NCBI GenBank assembly: GCA_000934665.2
Contig: KZ538608.1
Span: forward strand, 1-59,388
Length of the DNA stretch: 59,388 nt
DNA from: Catajapyx aquilonaris
Taxonomy: Eukaryota
Direction: 5' to 3'
The number at the start of each line of letters is the position of its first letter. The first letter of the stretch is position 1. A program made the position numbers and the translations under genes. The notes under the pieces were generated by a model. That model searched no databases. It was not told the origin of the DNA and saw nothing but the letters and a program-made list of their open reading frames with translations. Positions 14,201 through 25,552 of this stretch are shown in pieces.

Positions 14201-15160
14201 TTACAGCGGTCGGATTTAAACAGTGTCGAGGCCATAAAGCATAGGCAGGGGCATTACATCCGATACGGCCTCGGAAAATTTTCCCCGGGTCCACAAGCGA
14301 AAATGTCACACGCGCGTATTGTTTGCATGGCATTCCCCTTTCTACACGCTCCCGAATTTATTATGTAATGCATTAGGCTAATTATATCGCTCCGGAATGT
14401 AATGTCGATCTTGTTGGAAGCCCCCCCGTTTTTTTTAAATACGGACGGATGTAGAGCATGGTGGGAGAAAAAACAACAACAACGGAGATGATTTATTTGG
14501 TTCGAACCTTTTGCAAAAATTGTTGCCAAAAAATGTGCAGGACGGTCAATGCCAGTGCTGGCGTCTCGCTCGACTTATCTGTGTCAATTTGGGGATTAAA
14601 AGGCAGCAAAAGTGGCTAAAACGAGTTTGCCGGTCTCCAGCTAGAGATGCACTTTGATCCTAGTGGCGTCACATAGGCGCCATATCCCCTCCCCAACAGA
14701 AGAGAGAGCTTTTGTGCAGGAGGGTGGAAAAATATCGCGGATTCATGTGCAAAAATTATGGCCCTGCTCTGGGAGCCTGAAGTACAGGATGGTGCACTCA
14801 AGTCATGTACTGATTGTTCACTCCAGCAACAAGCGGTACATGCAGCCTGAGGTTGTTTGCTGTGCGCATGTGTTTTTTCCACCTCCCAATATAATTCACC
14901 TAACGGGATTATGCAGTGGTTTTTAATCTGTGCTCTAGCCGGTCTAGTTATTTTTTTAAAAAGGAGAATCAAAAAATTTAATGAACGAGTTGAATTTTCA
15001 CTGCAAAATTAAGTTACTCACCTTTGAACATATGGCACTCTAATAACTGAACATTAGAGAGTCTGACTGGTACATTTAGCCAAAAATTTATTTTAATATG
15101 CCCCATCAATTTGGCAATTTGCAAGCTGGGTTACCCACTCTCCTAAATAGTGTACACCAT

Positions 15161-15733
15161 GATTACTTCGATGATTACCCGAGATTATGAGCACCCTATA
15201 TTACCTTGTGATTACACGAGATTACCTTATTATTTCACACGATTACCTTATGATTACCCAGTTTACCTTATGATTATTAGTGATTACCCAGATTACCTGT
15301 GATTACCCATATTACCCAGTTTACATTAAGATTACCAGTGATTATCCAGATTACCGTATGATTACACAAGATTATCATATGATTACACAAGATTACCATA
15401 TGATTACATCCAGATGACATTATATTACCCTGATGACCTCATGATTACACAAGATTACCATATGATTACATCCAGATGACCTTATATTACCCTGATGACC
15501 TCATGATTACCTGTGATTACCCTGATTACCAAGGATTATCCAGAATACCCTACGATTACACCCAGATTACCTTATATATTGCCCAGATTACCTTATGATT
15601 ACCTGTGATTACCCAGATTATACTTTATGATTATCTTGAGATTTTCTATGATTACATTCTTATGATTATCAGGATTGCCTATGATTGCTACATGATTACC
15701 AGGATTACTAAACGAAGTGTACACCAGATTACC
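15161..15733. repeat. GATTAC-core minisatellite (~9-11 bp degenerate units)
   Basis: Dozens of GATTAC(C/A) motifs, with an internal exact duplication ATGATTACACAAGATTACCATATGATTACATCCAGATGAC. Confidence 0.9.
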
Positions 15734-17899
15734 AGAATGGGCAATCCCTGGGACAATTGGTTTACTGTAGTAGTTAAATGCATTTTGGATATAGATGGCA
15801 GCAGGCGCTTCGTCTAGTTAACAATCTTACCGATAGGCTGCGACATCTTTCTGCACTGATGCACAAAATGATCGCTAGAGCTGCAGCACAGTCTTTCCCC
15901 CCTGATTATAATGAGGGAGAGAGGGAGAAAAAAAATGTCTCTCCCTGGAGGGTTTTAATTTAATAGGCGGCCATTAATCGCCTTATTTTGAGTTGCGGAG
16001 GACGCGGTTGCAGCCAAATTTGGTTTTGAGGGTAATCCTGCAAAAGGGGGTTTGTGATATAGTCTCAGAGAGAAAAAGGAAGAGAAAAAAAAGGAGTGAG
16101 ATCCCAGATTGGAAAGACTTCATCAGTGGTTCTTCTCATTGGGAGCGGATCACCGCGAGGGACGTGAGTTGAGCCAAATTTTCCCTCCGTACTGAAATCG
16201 CCTCATTCCGGGAGGACTCATTCGCATGCTGATTCTATAGGATCATAATTTCGGCCATGCGGGCTTCCCCCGGCTGCTTTGAATCTCTCCGCACCATCCA
16301 CACTACTTTCTCTCATCTATTATTAGATTGGCCCGCAGTTGTTGCCAAACAAGCATTTCACAAGGGCTACACAGCCGGAATAAAAAATTAGCTAGAGAAT
16401 ATTCAACTCAGCACTATACGCTGCTTATTAGTGGACTAAGCAGTTGCTCTCCTAACCTGTACGTGCTGTAGTTAGACTGATCTTTCCAATCATTTTCACA
16501 CTAAAATATGCCAGTTTCACATTTGCAATTAATTGATGCGTTGCACCAAAAAAAATCGCCATTACCGACACCTCATTTGGAACACGGTTGTATTTAACGA
16601 GTCGACATGCCCGGAGGGAGGTTTATAGTGTCCGAAAATATTCTGTTCGCAGATTAGTTGGAGGCACCCACCTTCCCCCCCTCTAAATATATCATGTCGG
16701 AGCCAAATTACTACGGGGGGCTAAGAATACCCTGGAATCAATTATTCACGGAAACCAATGGCGTGCTGGAGGATCTTACTTTCCACGCATCATTTTGTAA
16801 ACATTGATCTCTATCTCTCGGTCTGGTGCCCAAAGTCTACTATGGACAGTAAGCCGCAACTCTCGGAAAATTTAACCAGTTTCCAACTGATAGGAATCAG
16901 CGCCACATTTTATCAATTAATTAGTCCAGCGGCGATTAAAATTAATGTCCCGCATTGTATGTAAGCGACTTTCGGTAATAAAATTGCGGTAATATATATT
17001 TAAAAAAAAAATGGAATGTGATATGAGCGCCGCCTGTGTGGTAGAGGATGGGTCAAAGTTATGCTGTTGAGAAGTAAAAGTGAAAATTGTGGGGGCAGGT
17101 GGTGCGGTGTTGGGGCGTGTCCCCCTTTCGTACCCAGGCAAGAGAGAGAAATTAATGATCCTCTTGCAATACTCACTCCCCTTGTCCTGCCTTAGTCCTC
17201 TCTCTTTTGCCTTGTCTATTCCTTCTTTTTTTGTGTAGGGACCCCATCGCCTACGCCCAGCACTACAAACTAGGACACAGTATTGGGCAACAAACCACTT
17301 GAAAGGGGACAAGTGACGTCACAACTGCCCGGTGTGGTGACGTCACAATTTTTCAGAGTCCGCCACTGGAGTTTCTGTTTACTCACAAAAAAAACAGCCC
17401 TAATTGGGGTCCATGTTATAGCCATCACTTAATGCCAATCACTGGTCCGATCGTTGCCCATTTTTTTGAAGGACACTGTCCCACATATAGAACCGCCCAA
17501 TGACATAGCTGTCATTCTGAGCTGCCCTGGACTGGCAGATGGTGCTGGAGGATTGTTTCTGCGTCCATTTTTAATGTATTAAGCCTCTGTTGCATTCATG
17601 GGTTTGCGCATGAGGCTGGCCCCATGTATAGGAAAAAAGTGGTCGAGTGAGTAGCGCTTGAATAGACAAGTTTCTTTTATGGATGGGGTCCCCCCCTCCT
17701 CACTCCTGTACTCGGGATGGGAAGCTTAGTGGGGGACCATAGGGGATTTTGCTACCGTTTGCCAAACCCCTGCTTGACCTAGAACAACATGTATGGGGAG
17801 GGGGGGTCGAGGGATTTGGGGATGTCTCGAATGGCACGCGTCGCATATCCGGTTACTACACATGCTAGGGTCAGTTTTTGTGAGAGTAGCTCAAAAATA

Positions 17900-18030
17900 G
17901 CAGCGATCAGTAGCAGTTTAGCTGTGCAGTATTTTATGCAAAATAGCGGAGAACCCGTTATTCGCATGGGTATAAAATGGACAAACAAACAAGCGAAATT
18001 CGCCTTTTATTGTCATAATAATAGTAATAT
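17900..18030 (-). mobile_element. Helitron-like (Lep1-type) element 5' remnant
   Basis: AGCAGTTTAGCTGTG...GGACAAACAAACAAGCGAAATTCGCCTTTTATT matches the terminal layout seen at 1607-1645. Confidence 0.45.
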
Positions 18031-19167
18031 AAATGCACACTTAGCTAGACTTAATATTTCTGAAGTAACACCAGCCATCAGTGATAAATACTATGTATAA
18101 TTAAATTAAAATTAATTAAATAACACAAGTTGTAAATAAAATACAAAATTAATTTTATGAGGCAACGCGAGACCCCCACGGGCAAGCAATAAATAAGTAA
18201 ATAAATAACGAGCAATTTCATTAATTTTTATTGGCAACGCCAGCTCTCGGGGGTAAGCAAAATATAAGTTAATAAAAATAAGTAATTAAAATATAGACAT
18301 TTTCTAAGTAGCGTTTTTCCAAATAGAGACCATGAGAGCAGCGTCTGTGCGATTTTTGGTCCCNTGGACGGGATTTAATCACGGTCATGCAGGTGATGAA
18401 AATGTGACCAGTTATTGTATAATGTGGAGTGAGGCTGATGCGATTTCGGTGTCAATATGGAGGGCCCAAGGCCCCCCCCTCCTTTTTTGGGCTGGTAAAT
18501 ACAACTTTGGGGCCGTTTTTGGGGGCGTTTTCGAGAGGTTGTACAGTGTTTGCGTCTCTCTCCAGCAACGTTTTTGTGGGCTTGGTTTGGGCAAGTATAA
18601 ATTTTGTGGTGGGGAGTTGGTGCGTTGCGTTCAACTCATTTTTGAGGTCCTTTTTCATACTTGTTTTTTGGCCACCAACTGCCAGGTCTACGCGGGGCAT
18701 ATTCTCATGTGCATTTTAAATACGCAATAATGTGGTGCCAGGAATAGAGACGGACGTGTGAGTCAACGTGGTCACCTGCGGACGCTGGACGTAACGATCC
18801 TCTGGGGCAAACATGGTTATATATGTGCAACATTTTAAAATTTATCCATTGTTCTGCTGTCCAGACTATATTTGGCTCCAGTATCTTGCCAAAATGTTAT
18901 CAGTAGGTGCAAAATCAGTTGTTTCTAAGAAACCTAAAGGGTGCGGTTGCAGGTTAAATTTACAGCCGGATTTTACAGGTTATTAGGATCTTGAGTCGCC
19001 ATCGAGTCGGACACATTTAAAAATATGAGAGCGGTCAACCGCACAGGAAGTTTGATTTTAGAAGATTTTATTGCTTTCACCATGTTTTAATATAAGCCCA
19101 AAATAAGAGCACCTTAAGGAACAATTTTTAAAAATATTACGTATTAGCTAAATTTACTGAATTACTC

Positions 19168-20210
19168 AATGGTTTGGCATTTCAAACATTCCTTTACAAT
19201 GTGGTAAGAAATTAATTTTAATATTCACATGCAGTTCAAACCTTCCTCTGCAAATAAAAAAGGAATTTTAATATTCACGTATAAGTGTTTTTTTTTTAAA
19301 TGGCTGGGCGTTCAAACATTCCTTTGTAACGAGGTAAAAAAATGATTTTAATATTAACATGTGAGTACAGGGTAGCCACAATGAATGTCCCTAGTTTCAA
19401 AGAGCAGTAGATAAGACATGCGGAGGTATATTTAAGGTTTTGGTTGTTTAAACGGTCTGGAGACTCAACAAGTTTCATCCTGAATTTTTGGAACAGCTTA
19501 TGTGATGTGGTGGTGCTCCTGTGGGGGATGCTGTCGGAAGATGCAAACATAGCATTTGTACAGAGGGGGAAAACACAAGTTGTGTGGTGGTTAGCCAGCT
19601 GAAGTTAATCACAGAAGTGCTAGACATGCTGGACATTACACATTTCCACAACTCCAAGACAGAGTCCGCAACTAAAGTATAAACAGCCCAAATAATGACG
19701 TGTCCTCCATCACCCCTTGACATGCTGGAGAATACCTAGGGGAGGAGATTTTCGGCTTAAAATTGTGCTTGCTACTAAAGGAGCACTGGGGAAGGCTACT
19801 GATTTTTTAAATATAAACTTGATGAGTGTCCCTTCTCATTTTTTTTTTACAATTTCGACACCATGATCCTATAGGAAGTTGAAACTAGGGAGGTTCATTG
19901 TGGACACCCTGTACTGTATATTGTGCAATGGTTGGGGGTTCAAACATTCCTTTGTAACGAGGTAAAAAAATATATTTTAATATTGATATGCAAGTTCTGT
20001 ATATTTTGCAATGGTTAGGAGGTCAAACCTTCCGCTGCAAATATAAAATGAATTTTAATATTCACGTATGAGTACAGTACGTTTTTTTAAATGACTGGAT
20101 GTTCAAACATTCCGCCGTTATAACGAGGTAAAAAAGAATTTTAATATTCACATGTACATTTTTCATTGGTTGGGAGCTCAAACCTTCCTTCTGCAATCAA
20201 ATTAAAATAT
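19168..20210. repeat. Degenerate tandem repeat (TTCAAACATTCC...ATTTTAATATTCAC units), split by a transposon insertion
   Basis: The unit TTCAAACATTCCTTTGTAACGAGGTAAAAAA..ATTTTAATATT recurs at ~19182, 19311, 19939 and 20102, with the variant TCAAACCTTCC..TGCAA between copies. Confidence 0.85.
19368..19911 (-). mobile_element. Tc1/mariner-superfamily internally deleted element (544 bp)
   Basis: 33-bp TIRs CAGGGTAGCCACAATGAATGTCCCTAGTTTCAA versus (reverse complement) CAGGGTGTCCACAATGAACCTCCCTAGTTTCAA match 29/33. TA flanks both sides (19366-67, 19912-13). The minus-strand fragment SDSIPHRSTTTSHKLFQKFR resembles a transposase N-terminal HTH region. Confidence 0.88.
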
Positions 20211-20404
20211 ATATATATATTCCCGTGTTTGTTTTTTGCTGTAAAAGCTACAAAAGTGGCCTAAATAGCTACCCCGCATCCTTATTAAGTCCACTTCATT
20301 TATCATTAACCAATTATTCACACGATTGTTCGTGCCGTCTGAGCCCTTGGTCCAAGTTCCGCATGAAACAATACGACACAAGCGAGTGTCGCAACCGGAG
20401 CCGT

Positions 20405-20612
20405 CCAATGAGCAGACGACCCATTCCTCAGCCGAGCAATTCAGTCGAGGTCACCGTTTGAAGCGACTTGACCTCGCCTCCGTTTCTTTTCCTTTTTTTT
20501 CATCCTCATCTTCCTCCTCCGCGACACATGACATCCGAGAGGCCTGAACCCCGCCGTTTCCTAGCGAAAAGCCGCTTCCGCTCGGGTTGAAAGATGGCCG
20601 AAAAATGGAAAG
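20405..20612 (+). promoter_or_regulatory. Candidate core promoter and first exon (possibly of the Fat-like gene)
   Basis: CCAAT at 20405 and arthropod Inr-like TCAGTC at 20441-20446 lie at the start of a CpG-rich stretch. Possible donor AAG|GTGATG at 20613. Motif-level evidence only. Confidence 0.35.
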
Positions 20613-20993
20613 GTGATGAGGGATGATATTCTGTCGGCCATTCGGCGCTCGTCCTCCGGTCCCCGGGATTCGGGGGATCCCCTCCTCCCCCTCAGGATGG
20701 GAATCAGACGACGTGGAGGGCATGGAAATGCCTTCATACCCCCACCATTTATTCACCTCAGGGAGGGGCATAAATCAACTTATTTCTCGGCCTGGATCCC
20801 GAACCCACCCCTCACCCATCTAGCAACCCACCAAAAACCACCGCGCCTTTGTGTTGACCATCCTGCCGACCCCAAGCCCAAACACCATCTGTTCTGTCTA
20901 GCTCCAATCTCTACAGGGTGGGCCAGGTGACGGGAACTGGCCTGGTATGACGTTAATAATCGGGTAGCATGCAGGTCTCAAATATCCTAATAT

Positions 20994-21176
20994 GCTTATT
21001 CTCTCCGTCCGTTGTCTGATAGTACCGCTATCTCTCGCTTTACCCGAGAGTGGCAGGAGTGTGCAGAGGAAGCATGCGCCATCTGTGCGTGACGAATATT
21101 ACTACATGGTAAATCGGCGGGACATCTTATTAAAGTTGTTCATAGGTTTTGCCAATTTGGGCATCGGGTTCACTAG
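20994..21176 (+). mobile_element. Helitron-like non-autonomous element, copy 1
   Basis: Homologous to 25017-25480 (shared GAGAGTGGCAGGAGTGTGCAGAG...ATGCGCCA). Ends with hairpin-like TTGCCAATTTGGGCA then GGGTTCACTAG|T (CTRR terminus). Confidence 0.65.
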
Positions 21177-22481
21177 TCAGCAATATTACTGTTATCAGCT
21201 TATCGCCCTTCTGGAACTGACATTACAGTATGTACAGTATCGACTGTTAAAAATGCAGGGGGCGGCTCACTGTGGTTGAAAGGCATATTGACATAAGGAT
21301 ATCTCGCTGTTGTCACCTGCTATTGGCCCGCTTTTTATGTCAAGTGGCAATAGCATAGAAGCAACAAAATATTGGCAGTGTGTCATATATGCGACCTGGT
21401 TTTACTGGAGCGAATATTAGTGACAGGAGATGATGATGGCCAGTGACCTATAAGGTGACTTTTGCACACACGTGACATTTTACGGGCGAACTCATCCGAC
21501 ATATACAGAGAGAAGAGGGGTTGGTGGCAACACTTTTTGACGCACCCTGTCCCCCATCCCGAGCCATTAGAGACGATACGTGGTCCGAAGCACTAAAAAG
21601 GCGAAGCCATATCGACTCAGAAATACCTCCTGATTGTGTAGTTGGGGGAGAGCCCCTACAAGTTGATAATCCCCATGCCAACAGGGGTTAACCCCCCCGT
21701 CTATTTTTTTTTATCCGAATGGGGAGCTATATAGAGTCCATAAGAGTATGAGTGGGGGTCCGAAAGGGGGATATGATAATTTAGTGGGAGGGACAAAAAG
21801 GGAGGAGCGTGAGTTGTAACATTTGGCAATCATGACACGTGTGGACACTGCCATCACATATTGTACTGAAACACTCGGGTGGTATCCGCTGTTTTTCAGC
21901 TTATCATGAAATATGAGGTAATGAGGTATTGCACCCAGCTCTGTTGTGCTCTGGTTCAAGATAACTAGTGCATGTACACCTCATTTTTTGAGGGGTGAAG
22001 TGGCTGGCAGCTAACTACGAATATAATGACAGCAGATCCACATTAAAATTGAAAATATTAATTTAAATACCAGCTATTACTGCGAGTAGTTCTCATGATA
22101 AATTCAGCTGAAGTCTTTGAATTGTTACCGTATATGATAATGTAATTTGCTATCACTAATTGGGAATTATTGTTTCTGATTAGATGTGTGGAATAATGAT
22201 GCTAGTTTTTGGGAATGGTTGTTGTGGGCCCGATTAGTGACAATAACTTTTAGGGTATCGATATGTAAAACAAATTGCGCGTGTAGATTGCTAGAATGTG
22301 CTGAATTATAGACGATGATAATCATATTTCGATGTTGTTCAACATCAAAGTGAGTGACATATGTTAATTAAGCGCTTTAATTTACAGCAATATTATTCGT
22401 CCTGTATAATCGATTACGACTTTAATGTTTTGATTATTATGGGAATATTTATGGCATGATCTCTTTTTTTGTTTGTTGCAG

Positions 22482-22522
22482 TGGTCGGTGCGGGGATGTG
22501 CAACACCAGGAGGAATTACTAG
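22482..22522 (+). other. Candidate 41-nt internal (5' leader) exon
   Basis: Strong pyrimidine tract and acceptor ctctttttttgtttgttgcAG, then a GC-richer 41-nt island in AT-rich surroundings, then donor TAG|GTGGGT at 22523. Confidence 0.45.
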
Positions 22523-23326
22523 GTGGGTGATTTTTTAAAATTGCATTTTGCGCTCATCTACATTAATCCCCCCAATCAACCGGTGTAGCGAACACAAACG
22601 TTTGCTTTTTTTTTAAAAAAAATAATGTGCATTATAGAATCAACCAGTGAATTAATCCAACTTTGTGCAATTGGATGTACATTGCAGCAGTGCAATCGTC
22701 ACCAGTCATGGTATAGCTTCGGTTTTATACAAGTTGTTCTGTAATACATGATCATGTCTTTTCTCCCATTTTTCGGTACATATGTTCAAAAAGCTGTGCC
22801 ACATTTCTCTTAAAAAAAGCACCTTGCAAGGCTCATTGCGCTCAGACAAGTGCGAGAAAAGCACATTTTAGAAAGTGCATACCCGCCCACCCCTATTTCA
22901 TAAAAAGACCCCCATAAGGGCCAGCAATAAATTTTTACTCGTCGGCACTTTCTACCTCTAGAGATGAGAGAGAGAGAGAAAAAAGAAATTGCGTATGTGT
23001 GCTAGTCGTCTCAAAGTGCATTTTTGAGCAGCACCCCTTGACTAAGTGCAAAATTATGACCGACAGACTACACCACGAAAGAACGAACACGTCTCTAGGG
23101 CAAAAAGGATGCCATCAGGGCTACCGCCTGAAAATTTGCATTTGAAAGCAACAAATAATTATCTCCCAGCAGTATTGAAGGAGATGAGAAGGCTCCTTCT
23201 TCTCCTCCTCCAGCAAAGGAATTCCCTATAGCAACACATGCCAGTCTTCTCTTCCTTTTTCCCCTTGAACCTTTCCTTCGAAGGTCTGAGAGGAAATTGG
23301 CTGCTCTTTCCTCCTTTTCTTGGGGA

Positions 23327-23356
23327 GGGAAGAAGAAGAAGAAGAAGAAGAAGAAG
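23327..23356. repeat. (GAA)n microsatellite
   Basis: About 9-10 consecutive GAA/AAG units. Confidence 0.9.
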
Positions 23357-24952
23357 CTGAATCGCGGATCTGCTCTTTTCTGGTGCCGTAGGAATTGATT
23401 AAGAGCCATCCGGACGATTGCTCAGGTGGGGATTTATATAGCCCAGTCAGCATGGGCCAGGCCTTGCTTTTTTTTTTTTTCATTCTTCAGACCAGACATG
23501 GGATGGAAAAATGGGGGACGAAAATGGCACAAAAAAAGGACGAATCGCAAAAATATATACGCCTCAGCTCGAGTTATGTGCAAAAAAATGGTTTCACACG
23601 ACGTTGGTCGGTCAGTTTCGTACCTGGAAGATGTGTGCAAAAAATTTTTGGGGGGAAAGTTTGGGCTGTCGAATATGTGATGGATGGTTTGTTTGAGAAT
23701 TTATTGGGAGGCTGGTTTTTACGCGAATAATTAGAGGAGGTAATTGGGCTTAGTGGTTAAGAGGTGTGAGGGCAAGGTGATGGAAACGACATGTTTGGGT
23801 ATAGTTTTTCTCCAAGCCCATTTCGCAAAAAAATTGGGGCAGGGAAAACCGCCAAAAAAAAGTTCAGACTCACACGATTAATCATCAAACTACAAGGGTG
23901 GACTGCAGTAAACGATATTTTGATTCTTGTCTTAAGCACGTAATATAACAGCAAAGACTTAATTATTCATTACATAATGCGTGTTTTTTTAAAAAACGGT
24001 TCGGNNNNNNNNNNNNGGGGGGGGGGGGGGGGAATGTTGACTCTCGGCCCGAGTATTCCCGAGGTGACGTTACAAGGCCGGAGCCCTGCTTTAAATATTC
24101 GATGCATTTGTGCTGCAGGACCATGAGGCTGCATGCCACAGTTTTTTTCGGGTTGCCTGGGCGAAGTTTTTCTGTAATCAGATATCAGGCCTCCGAGATT
24201 GGGCGCAAAATTGGGGGGAGCTAGCGATGCACTTTCCCTACGTCAAAATATTAATGAACTCTACCTATACCTTGTGCTGGATCACACAATTAGGCAACGC
24301 TGTGACCACCTGTCCTTACCTGAACAAAAAAAAACTGATTCACACTCCGTATAATACGGGCCATTTGAACCGACTGACACCAAATCCGGGTTGTCCAAAT
24401 TGTCCCTTTTGTGGAGCGATCACGTGATGGATTATTAATCAATATGGCGAAAGAAGACATATTGCGGTGCCTTACCGGCGGCGGATGCTGCGTATTTTTT
24501 TTTTTTTTTTTGCAAAGGTTGTGTCATTGGCCCGCACATGTGTCGTATCAAGCCGGCCCATCTTTGTTTATTTCCTGTTCCCCTCCGGGCAACCACGTTC
24601 AACGACCTCTTCAACTTGGCATCGCCGCAGTTTTGCCTCCTTTGAAAATAGAGCGGCAAGGTTAGCAACAAGAAGCTGTTTCTCTCCCGAAGCTGCAGCC
24701 TTGCTCCTCATCAGGCCTTTGGAAGGAGGGCCTCATGGCCCACAAAACGAGCGCCATTCCACTTTTGCTCGCCCCAAAAATCGGCCGCTTCGCCCCATTT
24801 CCTCCTCACCCAACCCCACCCACCAACCGTACTTTCGGAGAGAGAGAGAAGAGGGCCGACACAACGGTTAGAAAATCGACCATGTCTATTCCGGAGTCTG
24901 CGGCCCGGATCATAACCCGCAAATAAAGGCCACATCCCGTTTCAACACCTAC

Positions 24953-25017
<65 letters not shown>
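24953..25017. repeat. (AAT)n microsatellite
   Basis: About 21 perfect AAT units. Confidence 0.95.
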
Positions 25018-25480
25018 CTTTCTCATCGTAAAAGACTAAAAGGCTTATTCTTTCCGTCGGATGTTTATCAGACCTGATAGTACTACTATCTCGTACGACT
25101 TGAGAGTGGCAGGAGTGTGCAGAGGGAGTATGCGCCACCTATGCGCGAAGAATAGTACTAAGTGGTAAATAGTAGGGATATCTCATGAAAATTGTGTCAT
25201 ACTGATTACTAGGGCTGTGCGATATCCGAAATTACATATTGACTTTCGATACTCAAAAAATATCGAATCGAAGTCGATATATAGAAAATCGAAAAACCGA
25301 CATCGAAAAATATCGAAAACCGACATCGAACAATCGCGATATTAGATACATCGAGAACGTGCCAAGCGTCGGATATCGCAACTTCGATATTAGGAAAATA
25401 TCATATCGACAGTCGATGTATCGAAATATCGCACAGCCCTACTGATTACACAGGTTTTGCCAAATTTTGGCAACGGGTCC
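25017..25480 (+). mobile_element. Helitron-like non-autonomous element, copy 2, interrupted by a hAT MITE
   Basis: Begins A|TCTTTCTCATCG and aligns with 20994-21176 on both sides of the 25210-25441 insertion. 3' hairpin TTGCCAAATTTTGGCAA is followed by CGGGTCC. Confidence 0.65.
25210..25441. mobile_element. hAT-superfamily MITE (232 bp)
   Basis: Perfect 16-bp TIRs TAGGGCTGTGCGATAT / ATATCGCACAGCCCTA and a perfect 8-bp TSD CTGATTAC (25202-25209, 25442-25449). The interior is packed with ATCGA/TCGATAT motifs. Confidence 0.93.
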
Positions 25481-25490
25481 AATAATAATG

Positions 25491-25551
<61 letters not shown>
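25481..25551. repeat. (AAT)n microsatellite
   Basis: About 23 AAT units with one GAT interruption. Confidence 0.95.

Positions 25552-25552
<1 letters not shown>

Noticed and set aside
15161..15733. Interstitial telomeric repeat
   Set aside because: The core is GATTAC, not TTAGG or TTAGGG.
24806..25138. Poly-Tyr ORF
   Set aside because: Translation of the (AAT)n microsatellite.
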